Source: an uncultured Candidatus Saccharibacteria bacterium (GTDB lineage: Bacteria; Patescibacteriota; Minisyncoccia; UBA6257). From it: a stretch of 64,000 bases of DNA. This document shows positions 30,193 through 38,938 of the stretch, piece by piece; positions within the stretch are counted from its first letter, which is position 1; every line of letters starts with the position of its first letter. Below the pieces are notes generated by a model. It saw nothing but the letters and a program-made list of their open reading frames with translations, did not search any database and was not told where the DNA came from. The position numbers and the translations under genes are program-made. The DNA is taken from assembly GCA_964479005.1 (NCBI GenBank), contig CAYZJA010000001.1, forward strand, positions 160,001 to 224,000, read 5' to 3'.

Positions 30193-32064
30193 ATGGATTC
30201 AAAAGAGTTAAGAAAAAGATTTTTGAAGTTTTTTGAACAAAGAGGGCATAAAATAATCCCTTCTTCTTCTTTAATTCCAGAAAATGATTCAACGACCTTG
30301 TTTACTGGTTCAGGAATGCAGCCTTTAGTGCCGTATTTGATGGGCGAGTCTCATTCTAAAGGCAAGCGGTTAGTAAATGTCCAAAAATCATTTCGAGCTG
30401 AAGACATTGAAGAAGTAGGTGATAATCGTCATACAACCTTTTTTGAAATGCTGGGCAATTGGTCATTAGGCGATTATTTTAAAAAAGAACAATTAAATTG
30501 GTTGTTTGAATTTCTCATTGAGGAAGTAAAATTAGATCCTAAAAAGATTTACGTATCTGTTTTCCGAGGGAATGAAAAAATTGGCATCAATAGAGACTTA
30601 GAATCTGTTCAGGTTTGGAAAGATATTTTTAAAAAAAATGGAATTGAAGCTAATGACGTCGATTATTCTGAAAAACATGGATTTCAAGATGGTCGTATTT
30701 TTTATTATGACGAAACCAAAAATTGGTGGTCACGTTCAGGAACTCCGGCTAATATGCCGATTGGAGAAATTGGGGGGCCAGATAGCGAAGTTTTTTATGA
30801 TTTAGGAGAAGAATTAAAACGGCATGAAAATTCTAAATGGCGAAATCAACCTTGTCATATTAATTGTGATTGCGGGCGTTTTATTGAAATCGGCAACAGC
30901 GTTTTTATAGAATTTATTCGTTCTGCAAAAGGATTTGAATCCTTACCGCAAAAGAACGTAGATTTTGGCGGTGGTTTGGAAAGAATTACTATGGTAGCGC
31001 AAGGTAAGAACAATATTTTCAAAACAGATTTATTTATTAGTATCATTAAAAGAATTGAAGAATTGTCAGGTAAAAAATATGAAGACAATATGCAATCATT
31101 TGAAATTATTGCGGACCATTTAAGGGCCGCAACCTTTATTATGGGTGATGATAGGGGAATTGTTCCTTCTAATGTTGATCAGGGATATATAGCTCGCCGA
31201 TTAATTAGAAGGGCTATTCGTTATGGTCGGCAAATAGATATTCAACAGAAATCCTGGACTCAGGAAATAGCAAAAGTCATAAATAATGATTATAAATTAA
31301 TTTATCCTGAATTAACCCATAATCTTAAATTTATAACAAATAATTTAGAAAAAGAAGAAATTAAATTCAGTAAAACATTGGAGAAAGGGCTAAAAGAATT
31401 AGAAAGATATAAGAGTAGTGGAAAAGAAATCACAGGAATAATAGCTTTTGATTTATATCAAACCTATGGATTTCCTTTTGAAATGACTGAAGAAGAATTA
31501 TTTAAATCTGGTATTAAAATAAAAAATCCAGAAAAGTTCAAAGAAGCATTGATTAAGCATCAAGAACTTTCTCGAACTGCTGCTGTTGGTAAATTTAAAG
31601 GCGGATTAGCTGATGTTTCTGATAAAACCAAGAAACTTCATACTGCTTGCCACCTTGTTTTAGCTGCTTTAAGGAGTGTGTTAGGGGATCATGTAGAGCA
31701 AAGAGGCTCAAATATCACGGCTGAACGTCTTCGTTTTGATTTTTCTCATACTGAAAAACTTACCTTAGAACAAAAAACTACAGTGGAAAAAATGGTAAAT
31801 GAAGCAATTCAAAAAGATTTGCCAGTGCTTTCCGAAGAGATGTTATTGGAAGATGCTAAAAAACAAGGGGCACTAGGAATATTTGAGTCAAAATATGGAG
31901 AAAAAGTAAAAGTTTATACTATTGGAGAAAAAGATAATTCTTTTTCAAAAGAAATTTGTGGTGGTCCACACGTAGAATCCACTGGTAAATTGGGTTATTT
32001 TAGGATTATTAAAGAAGAATCATCGGGGGCAGGCGTTAGGAGAATTAAGGCTGTTTTAGAATAG
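30193..32064 (+). CDS. alaS: alanine--tRNA ligase, short form lacking C-terminal (C-Ala/DHHA1) region
   Basis: Catalytic core 'FTGSGMQPLVPYLMGE', 'FEMLGNWSLGDYFK' and the editing HxxxH 'HTACHLVLAALR'. It ends after 'CGGPHV' at 623 aa. Confidence 0.85.
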   Translation: MDSKELRKRFLKFFEQRGHKIIPSSSLIPENDSTTLFTGSGMQPLVPYLMGESHSKGKRLVNVQKSFRAEDIEEVGDNRHTTFFEMLGNWSLGDYFKKEQLNWLFEFLIEEVKLDPKKIYVSVFRGNEKIGINRDLESVQVWKDIFKKNGIEANDVDYSEKHGFQDGRIFYYDETKNWWSRSGTPANMPIGEIGGPDSEVFYDLGEELKRHENSKWRNQPCHINCDCGRFIEIGNSVFIEFIRSAKGFESLPQKNVDFGGGLERITMVAQGKNNIFKTDLFISIIKRIEELSGKKYEDNMQSFEIIADHLRAATFIMGDDRGIVPSNVDQGYIARRLIRRAIRYGRQIDIQQKSWTQEIAKVINNDYKLIYPELTHNLKFITNNLEKEEIKFSKTLEKGLKELERYKSSGKEITGIIAFDLYQTYGFPFEMTEEELFKSGIKIKNPEKFKEALIKHQELSRTAAVGKFKGGLADVSDKTKKLHTACHLVLAALRSVLGDHVEQRGSNITAERLRFDFSHTEKLTLEQKTTVEKMVNEAIQKDLPVLSEEMLLEDAKKQGALGIFESKYGEKVKVYTIGEKDNSFSKEICGGPHVESTGKLGYFRIIKEESSGAGVRRIKAVLE

Positions 32065-32070
32065 AGTTTG

Positions 32071-32079
32071 TGGTATAAT
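32071..32079 (+). promoter_or_regulatory. extended -10 TGGTATAAT
   Basis: The same extended -10 as at 7582, lying 45 nt upstream of ATG 32125. Confidence 0.3.
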
Positions 32080-32124
32080 AAATTACTTTTTTATGGTATA
32101 CTTAAAACATAACTTGCAATAAAA

Positions 32125-33522
32125 ATGGAGAATTCTCAAAAAAGGAAAAGAAAAGTTAAAGATATTTTTTCCCCACACGAATTAAATAATTATTCGTCTG
32201 ACGAAAAAAAAGTTGAGGAAAAAGAAATTCCAATTCATTTGACTGATAAATTACAGCAAGAAAGAAAGGTCGAAGACGCTAAAACAGAAAGTGAAGAGAG
32301 TATAACAGTCATTACTTCTGGTCTTAAAGAAAAATGGGCGAAAAAGGAAAAGGCAATTAATAAAAAGATAATGATCCTTCTTGGAGTATTTTTTTCTTTG
32401 GTTGCCTTTTATTATTTAGGATTTGTATTTTTAGCTAAGGCAGAAATTAATATTATTACCAAGAAGATAGAGATGCCTTTTTCAGGCGTTGTTTTAGTGG
32501 ATACAAATGTTTCGACAATAAATTTTAATGAAGCAATAATTCCTGGAAATCCATTTATTTTTAAAGCAGAAGAGACGCAAGAATTTTCAAGTTCTGGACA
32601 GGGCAAAGACGAAAGAAAAGCCAAGGGAATAATTACTATATATAATAATTACTCAACTTCTCCTCAGATTTTGGTAGCTACAACCCGTTTTGAAACACCT
32701 GATCATAAGATATTTCGCTTAGATTCCCGTATTGTTATTCCAGGAGCTACTACTAAAAATGGAGAACTTGTACGGTCTACGATTGATGTAAAAGTTACTG
32801 CAGATAAATCAGGGCCTGATTATAATATAGAGGTTTGTAATTTGCCTGATTGTAAATTTACTATTCCAGGATTTGAAGGAACATCAAAGTTTGATGGCTT
32901 TTATGGTATTTCTACTAAAGTGATGGCAGGAGGAGCCCTTGCTTCAGTTCCTTTAGTAACTTCAGAAGATTTAAAAGGGGCAGAAGAAATTATTTTTGAA
33001 AAAGTTATGGATTCTATTAATCAGGATTTAGAAAATAAAATTCCAAAAAAACCAAAAGAATTAAAAGTATTACCAGGAGCAAAAAGCAGTATAAATCTTA
33101 CTAATTTGAGTAGTGATGCCAGTATTGGAGATTATCGTGAAAAGTTTTCAGTTAGTGTTGAAGGTGAAATTAAAGTCATTGCGTTCGATGAAGACAGTAT
33201 TATTGAATACATACAAGGAATTCTCGAAAAAGACAAGGATGAAAATTATCATTATTGCCAAAAGCCAGAATTAGAATATTTAGAATTAAAAACCGACTTC
33301 AGTAAAGGCACGATGAGAATGTCAATTAAAACAAATCAAATTGTGTGCCATAAATTATCTTTGGAGGAAATAAAGCAACTTGTTGTTGGAAAAGACAAAA
33401 AGGAGTTAAATCAGATTTTTGGGGCTAATCCTGGTATAAAGGATGTAGAAGTAAATCTTCGGCCATTGTGGATAAGAAAAGTTCCAAATTCTTTAGACAA
33501 AATTAACCTTTTTATTGACTAA
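32125..33522 (+). CDS. membrane-anchored extracytoplasmic hypothetical protein
   Basis: Lys-rich N-terminus, a single TM 'IMILLGVFFSLVAFYYLGFVFLA', and a beta-rich ~370-aa ectodomain. Confidence 0.5.
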   Translation: MENSQKRKRKVKDIFSPHELNNYSSDEKKVEEKEIPIHLTDKLQQERKVEDAKTESEESITVITSGLKEKWAKKEKAINKKIMILLGVFFSLVAFYYLGFVFLAKAEINIITKKIEMPFSGVVLVDTNVSTINFNEAIIPGNPFIFKAEETQEFSSSGQGKDERKAKGIITIYNNYSTSPQILVATTRFETPDHKIFRLDSRIVIPGATTKNGELVRSTIDVKVTADKSGPDYNIEVCNLPDCKFTIPGFEGTSKFDGFYGISTKVMAGGALASVPLVTSEDLKGAEEIIFEKVMDSINQDLENKIPKKPKELKVLPGAKSSINLTNLSSDASIGDYREKFSVSVEGEIKVIAFDEDSIIEYIQGILEKDKDENYHYCQKPELEYLELKTDFSKGTMRMSIKTNQIVCHKLSLEEIKQLVVGKDKKELNQIFGANPGIKDVEVNLRPLWIRKVPNSLDKINLFID

Positions 33523-33554
33523 AATTAGTTATTCTGATAAACTAATAACGCTTT

Positions 33555-33776
33555 ATGGTACAGAAAAAAGAAGCTGATCGCAAAGAAGGGATTATAACTG
33601 AATCTTTGCGCAATACAATATTTAGAGTGCGTTTAGATGGAGACGATAAAGAAATTTTAGCTCATTTAGCTGGCAAGCTTCGTCTTCATCACATTAAAAT
33701 TCTTCCAGGTGATAGAGTCGTAGTAGAACTATCACCATATGATTCTAGCCGTGGTCGCATTGTTTATCGGCTGTAA
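33555..33776 (+). CDS. infA: translation initiation factor IF-1
   Basis: '[34 protein letters not shown]' matches the S1-like IF-1 family. Confidence 0.9.
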   Translation: MVQKKEADRKEGIITESLRNTIFRVRLDGDDKEILAHLAGKLRLHHIKILPGDRVVVELSPYDSSRGRIVYRL

Positions 33777-33798
33777 ACCGATTTTATTTTTAATATAT

Positions 33799-33912
33799 AT
33801 GAAAGTTAGAGCATCAGTAAAAAAAATTTGTAGAAATTGCAAGATAGTGCGACGAAAAGGTCGTGTATATGTAATTTGTCAAAATCCTAAGCATAAACAA
33901 AGACAAGGCTAA
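33799..33912 (+). CDS. rpmJ: 50S ribosomal protein L36
   Basis: Manual translation '[37 protein letters not shown]' (37 aa). It is too short for the ORF track. Confidence 0.85.
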   Translation: MKVRASVKKICRNCKIVRRKGRVYVICQNPKHKQRQG

Positions 33913-34006
33913 AGCTCAGATAATTGTTTTAAAAACACGCTAATCGCTATAGTTTTTCTAAACAATTACCTTCGCTTTAATATTTAATCAAATTAAATAA
34001 ATTAAT

Positions 34007-34399
34007 ATGGTTCGTTTTTTAGGTATAAATATACCAGATGATAAAAATATAAATATTGCCCTTACATACATTTATGGAATAGGGCGTTCTTCATCAGAGA
34101 AGCTTTTAAAAGAAGCTAATATTGATTTTCAAAAAAAGACAAAAGATTTAAGTGTTTCCGAATTAAATTCTTTAAAGGAATTAATAGAAAAAAATAAAAT
34201 AAATACAGAGGGTGATTTAAGAAGAAAAGTTAGATCAAATATAAAACGTCTTATAAATGTTAATTCTTATCGTGGAATAAGGCATACAAAAAAATTACCA
34301 TTAAGGGGGCAAAGGACAAAAACAAATTCTCGTACAGTAAGAGGGAATGTACGAAGGACAGTTGGTTCTGGGAAAAAGAAAGCCCCAACAGCAAAGTAA
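34007..34399 (+). CDS. rpsM: 30S ribosomal protein S13
   Basis: 'MVRFLGINIPDDKNINIALTYIYGIGRS'. Confidence 0.9.
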   Translation: MVRFLGINIPDDKNINIALTYIYGIGRSSSEKLLKEANIDFQKKTKDLSVSELNSLKELIEKNKINTEGDLRRKVRSNIKRLINVNSYRGIRHTKKLPLRGQRTKTNSRTVRGNVRRTVGSGKKKAPTAK

Positions 34400-34424
34400 G
34401 ATTAATAATTTTTAATTTTGGGAT

Positions 34425-34868
34425 ATGGGCAAAAAGAGAGTTATTACTAAATCTGGAGAAGATATTAGTAAAATAGAAGAAAAAGCATCTTCTATTAAAG
34501 CTAAAGCCTCTTCTAAGAAACACTTAGAAACAGGAAGAATTTATATTCGCGCTTCTTATAATAATACATCTGTATCACTTACTGATCTAAAAGGTGGTCT
34601 TATTGCTTGGTCTTCAGCCGGATCTTTAGGGTTTAAGGGACCTAAGAAGGCAACTCCTTTTGCTGCGTCAAAAGTAGTGTCTGTTCTAATGGAAAAAACA
34701 AAGAAGATTGGATTAAAAACTGTAGAAATTTATGTAAAGGGGATTGGTGGTGGAAGAGAAACAGCAATTCGCTCTTTAGCTAACCATGGGCTTGATATTC
34801 TTTTAATAAAAGATATAACGCCAATGCCCCATAACGGACCACGTCCTCCAAAGGTGAGGAGAGTTTAA
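34425..34868 (+). CDS. rpsK: 30S ribosomal protein S11
   Basis: 'GRIYIRASYNNTSVSLTDLKGGLIAWSSAGSLGFKG'. Confidence 0.9.
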   Translation: MGKKRVITKSGEDISKIEEKASSIKAKASSKKHLETGRIYIRASYNNTSVSLTDLKGGLIAWSSAGSLGFKGPKKATPFAASKVVSVLMEKTKKIGLKTVEIYVKGIGGGRETAIRSLANHGLDILLIKDITPMPHNGPRPPKVRRV

Positions 34869-34888
34869 GAATTAAAAATTATAATAGT

Positions 34889-35506
34889 ATGTTGGATGAT
34901 AAATGTAAAAAATGTAGGGCAGTTGGGGAGAAACTGTTTTTAAAAGGAGAAAGATGCTTTACTCCCAAATGCGCCTTAATAAGAAGGGGATTTAGGGTTT
35001 TAGGAAAAAGGAGAAGAAGAAAAACGTTAACTTCTTATGGCAAACAGTTATTAGAAAAACAAAAGGTAAAGTTAGCTTATGGAATGAGGGAAAAACAATT
35101 TAGAAGATATTTTAAAATGGCGTTAAAAAAGAAAATTTCTACTCCAGAAGCTTTTGCTCAATTAATAGAAAATCGTTTTGATAATACAGTGTTTCGTTTA
35201 GGATTTACTATTTCCAGAACGATGGCTAGACATTTAGTAAGCCATGGCCATTTTTTCTTAAACGGACGAAAACACAATATTTCTTCTACAATTGTGAAAA
35301 AAGACGATGTTATTTCTATCAGGCCACAGAGTAGCAGCAAAGCGCCTTTTAAAGATATTAAAGAAAGATTAAAAAAATATAGTCCTCCAAAGCATCTTAA
35401 ATTAGATATGAATAAAATGGAAGGAAAAGTTATGGCAGATCCAGATTTAGAAGAATTACAATTGCCTTTTGATTTCACTTCAATTGTAGAATTTTATAGC
35501 AGATAG
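34889..35506 (+). CDS. rpsD: 30S ribosomal protein S4
   Basis: Zn-ribbon-like 'CKKCRAVGEKLFLKGERCFTPKCA' and an S4 domain. Confidence 0.9.
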   Translation: MLDDKCKKCRAVGEKLFLKGERCFTPKCALIRRGFRVLGKRRRRKTLTSYGKQLLEKQKVKLAYGMREKQFRRYFKMALKKKISTPEAFAQLIENRFDNTVFRLGFTISRTMARHLVSHGHFFLNGRKHNISSTIVKKDDVISIRPQSSSKAPFKDIKERLKKYSPPKHLKLDMNKMEGKVMADPDLEELQLPFDFTSIVEFYSR

Positions 35507-35559
35507 TATTAATTTGATTTAAAATTAAAAACTACAAAATTAAAAATTATATTAATATC

Positions 35560-36486
35560 ATGTTTCATTTACCTTCTTCAATAAAAATCATTGAGCAAGA
35601 AAAAAACTATGGAAAATTTGAAATCGAAGGACTATATCCTGGTTACGGAGTAACTATTGGTAATGCATTAAGGCGAGTTCTCCTTTCTTCCATAGAAGGC
35701 GCGGCAGTAACATCCTTTAAAATTAAAGGGGTTCATCATGAATTTTCTACTATTAATTATATTTCTGATACAGTTTTGGACATAATGCTTAATTTAAAAC
35801 AATTAAGAGTAAAACTGCACAGTAACGAGCCTCAGGTTTTAAAATTAAAGGTTGAAGGCGAAAAAAAGGTATATGCCAAGGACTTTGAATCTAATTCCAT
35901 GGTGGATGTAATGAACCCTGATTTATATATTACAGCCATTACAGATAAAAAAGGCAAAATAGAAATGGAGGTAGTGGTAGAAAAAGGATTAGGTTATTCA
36001 CAGGTAGAAGAACGCAAGGAAGATAAGATACCAATAGGTACTATTGCTGTTGATTCTATTTTTAGTCCGGTTCGAAGGGTTAATTTTCAAGTAGAAAATA
36101 TGAGAGTTAGGGAAAAAACCGATTACAATCGTTTAATTATTTCAATTGAAACAGATGGCTCTGTTTCTCCAAAAGAAGCGCTAAATAAAGCATCTGCGAT
36201 TTTAAAAGATCATTTTATTAATATTGAAGAAAAATTTGTTCCAGAACTTAAAGAAGAAAAAAAGGTTACTTCAAAAAAAGCAGGTAAGGAACCAAAAGAT
36301 ATCCTCATAAAAGATTTAGATTTGGGCTCTCGAACAAAAAAAGCCTTAATAAATAATGGAGTCAAGACTTTAGCTGGCTTATTGAGATATAACGAAGAAA
36401 ATTTATCAACCATGGATGGTTTAGGTAAGAAATCATTGGAAGAAATAAAAGCAATTCTTAAAAATTTAAAGTATACATTAAAGTAA
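35560..36486 (+). CDS. rpoA: DNA-directed RNA polymerase subunit alpha
   Basis: 'YGVTIGNALRRVLLSSIEGAAVTSFKIKGVHHEFSTI' N-terminal domain plus the alpha-CTD. Confidence 0.9.
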   Translation: MFHLPSSIKIIEQEKNYGKFEIEGLYPGYGVTIGNALRRVLLSSIEGAAVTSFKIKGVHHEFSTINYISDTVLDIMLNLKQLRVKLHSNEPQVLKLKVEGEKKVYAKDFESNSMVDVMNPDLYITAITDKKGKIEMEVVVEKGLGYSQVEERKEDKIPIGTIAVDSIFSPVRRVNFQVENMRVREKTDYNRLIISIETDGSVSPKEALNKASAILKDHFINIEEKFVPELKEEKKVTSKKAGKEPKDILIKDLDLGSRTKKALINNGVKTLAGLLRYNEENLSTMDGLGKKSLEEIKAILKNLKYTLK

Positions 36487-36544
36487 GAACCTGCTCGCTC
36501 TGCTCGCAGAACCTTGTTTCTCACTTTGTTCGAAATAAAAATAG

Positions 36545-36931
36545 ATGAAGCATCTAAAGAAAGGGAAAAAATTCCATAGAAAGACAGGCCAACGAAAAGC
36601 TCTTTTAAAAGGTTTAGCTGCCAATTTAATATTACGGGAAAGAATTAAAACCACTCCAGTAAAAGCTAAAGAGACAAGAACTAAAGTAGAGAAATTAATA
36701 ACTATTGCCAAAAAACAAAATTTAATTGCCCTAAGAAAAATTAAAGAAGATTTACCAGAGAAAGCAGCTAATAAATTATATTATGAAATTGCTCCATTGT
36801 ATAAAGATAGAAAAGGCGGATATACCAGAATTATTAAAACCTCAATGAAAAAGGTTAGAGATGCTTCGCCTTTAGTCATATTAGAATTTGTTAAAGAACA
36901 AAAAACAGTAAATACAGTAAATAAAGAATAA
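36545..36931 (+). CDS. rplQ: 50S ribosomal protein L17
   Basis: 'RKTGQRKALLKGLAANLILRERIKTT'. Confidence 0.9.
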   Translation: MKHLKKGKKFHRKTGQRKALLKGLAANLILRERIKTTPVKAKETRTKVEKLITIAKKQNLIALRKIKEDLPEKAANKLYYEIAPLYKDRKGGYTRIIKTSMKKVRDASPLVILEFVKEQKTVNTVNKE

Positions 36932-37294
36932 ATGGAAAAAGAGAACAAAAATGTTGTTACAATAGATGCCAAAGACAAATCTTTAGGAAGAATGGCGTCC
37001 AGGATTGCTGTTTTGCTTCAAGACAAACATAAGGCTCAATATGCCCCAAATAAAGTTGGTGATACAGTTGTTATAATAGAAAATCTTAGCAAGATAAAAC
37101 CGTTTAAGGAAACAAAATTAAGAACAAAAACTTATTATAAGCATACTGGTTACATAGGCCACTTAAAAGAGACAAAGTTATCTGATATGTGGGAAAAAGA
37201 TCCAGTAAAAGTCCTTAAAATAGCTGTTAGAGGTATGTTGCCTAAAAATAAACTCAGAGATAAAAGACTAAAAAGATTAGAAATAAACTTGTAA
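36932..37294 (+). CDS. rplM: 50S ribosomal protein L13
   Basis: 'VVTIDAKDKSLGRMASRIAVLLQDKHKAQYAPNKVGDTVVIIENL'. Confidence 0.85.
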   Translation: MEKENKNVVTIDAKDKSLGRMASRIAVLLQDKHKAQYAPNKVGDTVVIIENLSKIKPFKETKLRTKTYYKHTGYIGHLKETKLSDMWEKDPVKVLKIAVRGMLPKNKLRDKRLKRLEINL

Positions 37295-37331
37295 CAATTA
37301 ATAAATGATAGGGAATAAATAACAATAAATA

Positions 37332-37859
37332 ATGGATAAAAAGAAAACAGTTAAAAAAACAACATCTGTAAAGAAAGAGACAAAGAAAACGGTGAAGAAA
37401 GAAGCGAAGAGAAAAGTAAAAAAAGAAGTCAAAAAAGCTGTAACAAAAAAGGAAGTCAAGAAGGAAATCAAGAAAAAGTATATTGAAGCTGTTGGTAGAA
37501 GAAAAGAATCTGTAGCTCGTGTAAGGCTTATCAAAGACAAGCCAGGTTTTATTATTAATGAAAAAACAATGGAAGAATATTTTTCTTTGCGGGATTATCA
37601 CAAAAAGATATTAGATCCTTTCAAAACAACTAATTTAGAAAATAGTTTTTTTGTTTCAATAAAAGTAAAAGGAGGTGGAATTACCGGTCAAGCTGAAGCT
37701 ATTAGATTAGGAATTAGCCGTTGTTTAATAAAAATTGATAAGAAATTAAAACCAGCATTAAGAAAAGCGGGATTTTTGACACGTGATGCTCGTATTGTAG
37801 AAAGAAAGAAATATGGTTTGAAAAAGGCTAGAAAGGCTGCACAGTGGTCAAAAAGATAA
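37332..37859 (+). CDS. rpsI: 30S ribosomal protein S9 with ~45-aa Lys-rich N-terminal extension
   Basis: 'GRRKESVARVRL...GGGITGQAEAIRLGISRCL...ARKAAQWSKR', preceded by a KKxxKK-repeat tail. Confidence 0.85.
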   Translation: MDKKKTVKKTTSVKKETKKTVKKEAKRKVKKEVKKAVTKKEVKKEIKKKYIEAVGRRKESVARVRLIKDKPGFIINEKTMEEYFSLRDYHKKILDPFKTTNLENSFFVSIKVKGGGITGQAEAIRLGISRCLIKIDKKLKPALRKAGFLTRDARIVERKKYGLKKARKAAQWSKR

Positions 37860-37894
37860 ATTAACTCTTTACCTTTCTTATTAATTCTTATTAA

Positions 37895-37926
37895 AAAGCA
37901 TCTCTCAATAAGGTGCTTTGTTTCTT
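37895..37926 (+). terminator. terminator-like hairpin after rpsI
   Basis: AAAGCA-(13 nt)-TGCTTT followed by GTTTCTT. Confidence 0.4.
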
Positions 37927-37953
37927 GACAAGATGAGATATATTTGTTATATT
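37925..37953 (+). promoter_or_regulatory. sigma-70-like promoter TTGACA-17-TATATT
   Basis: A consensus -35 and a near-consensus -10, ~135 nt upstream of the first small tandem gene. Confidence 0.4.
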
Positions 37954-38088
37954 AAATACAATAGAACAGTTACTGATATAACCATCGGAAGGTAATAAAA
38001 TTAAATAAATCTTATTTAAAGAAAAACGGGTTTCTACAATTCAAGAAAGTGAGTTAAATGTGAATAATTCTCCTAATCGGGTATAATT

Positions 38089-38316
38089 ATGAATAACAAA
38101 CCCATCATAACTAAGGAGAAAGCACAAAAACTTTCTAAGCTTTTCGATAATCCTACTAATTTTAAACAGGCTTGTATTAAGGTTTTATTAGAAGTACCTG
38201 ATGAAAAACTGGATTTTTACAAAGGGAACTTGACTTTTTCAAAAAATGGTGGTACAATTTTGACGAAAATAGAACAATTTTGCGAACAGAAACAATTTAA
38301 GAGTTTTAAGAATTAA
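38089..38316 (+). CDS. small hypothetical protein (75 aa), tandem paralog 1
   Basis: 'MNNKPIITKEKAQKLSKLFDNPTNFKQACIKVLLEVPDEKLDFYKGNLTFSKNGG' is ~70 percent identical to the next gene. Confidence 0.55.
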   Translation: MNNKPIITKEKAQKLSKLFDNPTNFKQACIKVLLEVPDEKLDFYKGNLTFSKNGGTILTKIEQFCEQKQFKSFKN

Positions 38317-38401
38317 ACAATTGAATCATACAATTTAATTAGTTTGCCGAGAAGGTGACGCTAACCGAAGAGGGGCGTCTAGACTATCTCTAAGTTTATT
38401 A

Positions 38402-38426
38402 GGGGTCGTCTGGACACCCCTTTTTT
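38402..38426 (+). terminator. rho-independent terminator (copy 1 of duplicated 3' element)
   Basis: GGGGTCGTC..GACACCCC hairpin plus a TTTTTT run. An upstream conserved ~80-nt segment is shared with copy 2. Confidence 0.6.
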
Positions 38427-38428
38427 CA

Positions 38429-38653
38429 ATGAATAACAAATTTATTATAAACAAAAGAAAATATCAGGAACTTTCTAAACTCTTTGATAATCCTACTAAT
38501 TTTAAGGAAGCTTGTATAAAACTTCTGTTAGAAATACCAGATAAAAAATTAGATTTTTACAAAGGGAACTTGACTTTTTCAAAAAACGGTGGCATGATTC
38601 TAATGAAAATAGAAGAATTATGTGGGTCAAAACACTTTAATTTTAAAGATTGA
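38429..38653 (+). CDS. small hypothetical protein (74 aa), tandem paralog 2
   Basis: 'MNNKFIINKRKYQELSKLFDNPTNFKEACIKLLLEIPDKKLDFYKGNLTFSKNGG'. Confidence 0.55.
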   Translation: MNNKFIINKRKYQELSKLFDNPTNFKEACIKLLLEIPDKKLDFYKGNLTFSKNGGMILMKIEELCGSKHFNFKD

Positions 38654-38713
38654 ACCTACATAGATTAAATCATACAATTTAATTAGTTTGCCGAGAAGGT
38701 GACGCTAACCGAA

Positions 38714-38771
38714 GAGGGGCGTCTGAACTATCTCTAAGTTTATTAGGGGTCGTCTGGACGCCCCTTTTTTT
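38714..38771 (+). terminator. rho-independent terminator (copy 2), long stem GGGGCGTC...GACGCCCC + T-run
   Basis: 'gaggggcgtctgaac..ggggtcgtctggacgcccctttttttt'. Confidence 0.6.
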
Positions 38772-38938
38772 ATTGGAAATTATTGGGAAAAAATATCAAC
38801 TGGATATTGAGAAAAAAATAGTACTTTATAGCACCTTGAAAAATAGCACCTTGAAATAAAAATTTAGTGAAATGAGAGATAAGAAAAAGATAAAAGTATA
38901 AGAAAGAAATGTATTAGAAAGAAAGGAGGTGAAACAAA

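Noticed and set aside
37254-37601. Minus-strand ORFs 37254..37601 and 37298..37540.
   Set aside because: They are antisense to the Lys-rich N-terminal extension of rpsI. Shadow ORFs.
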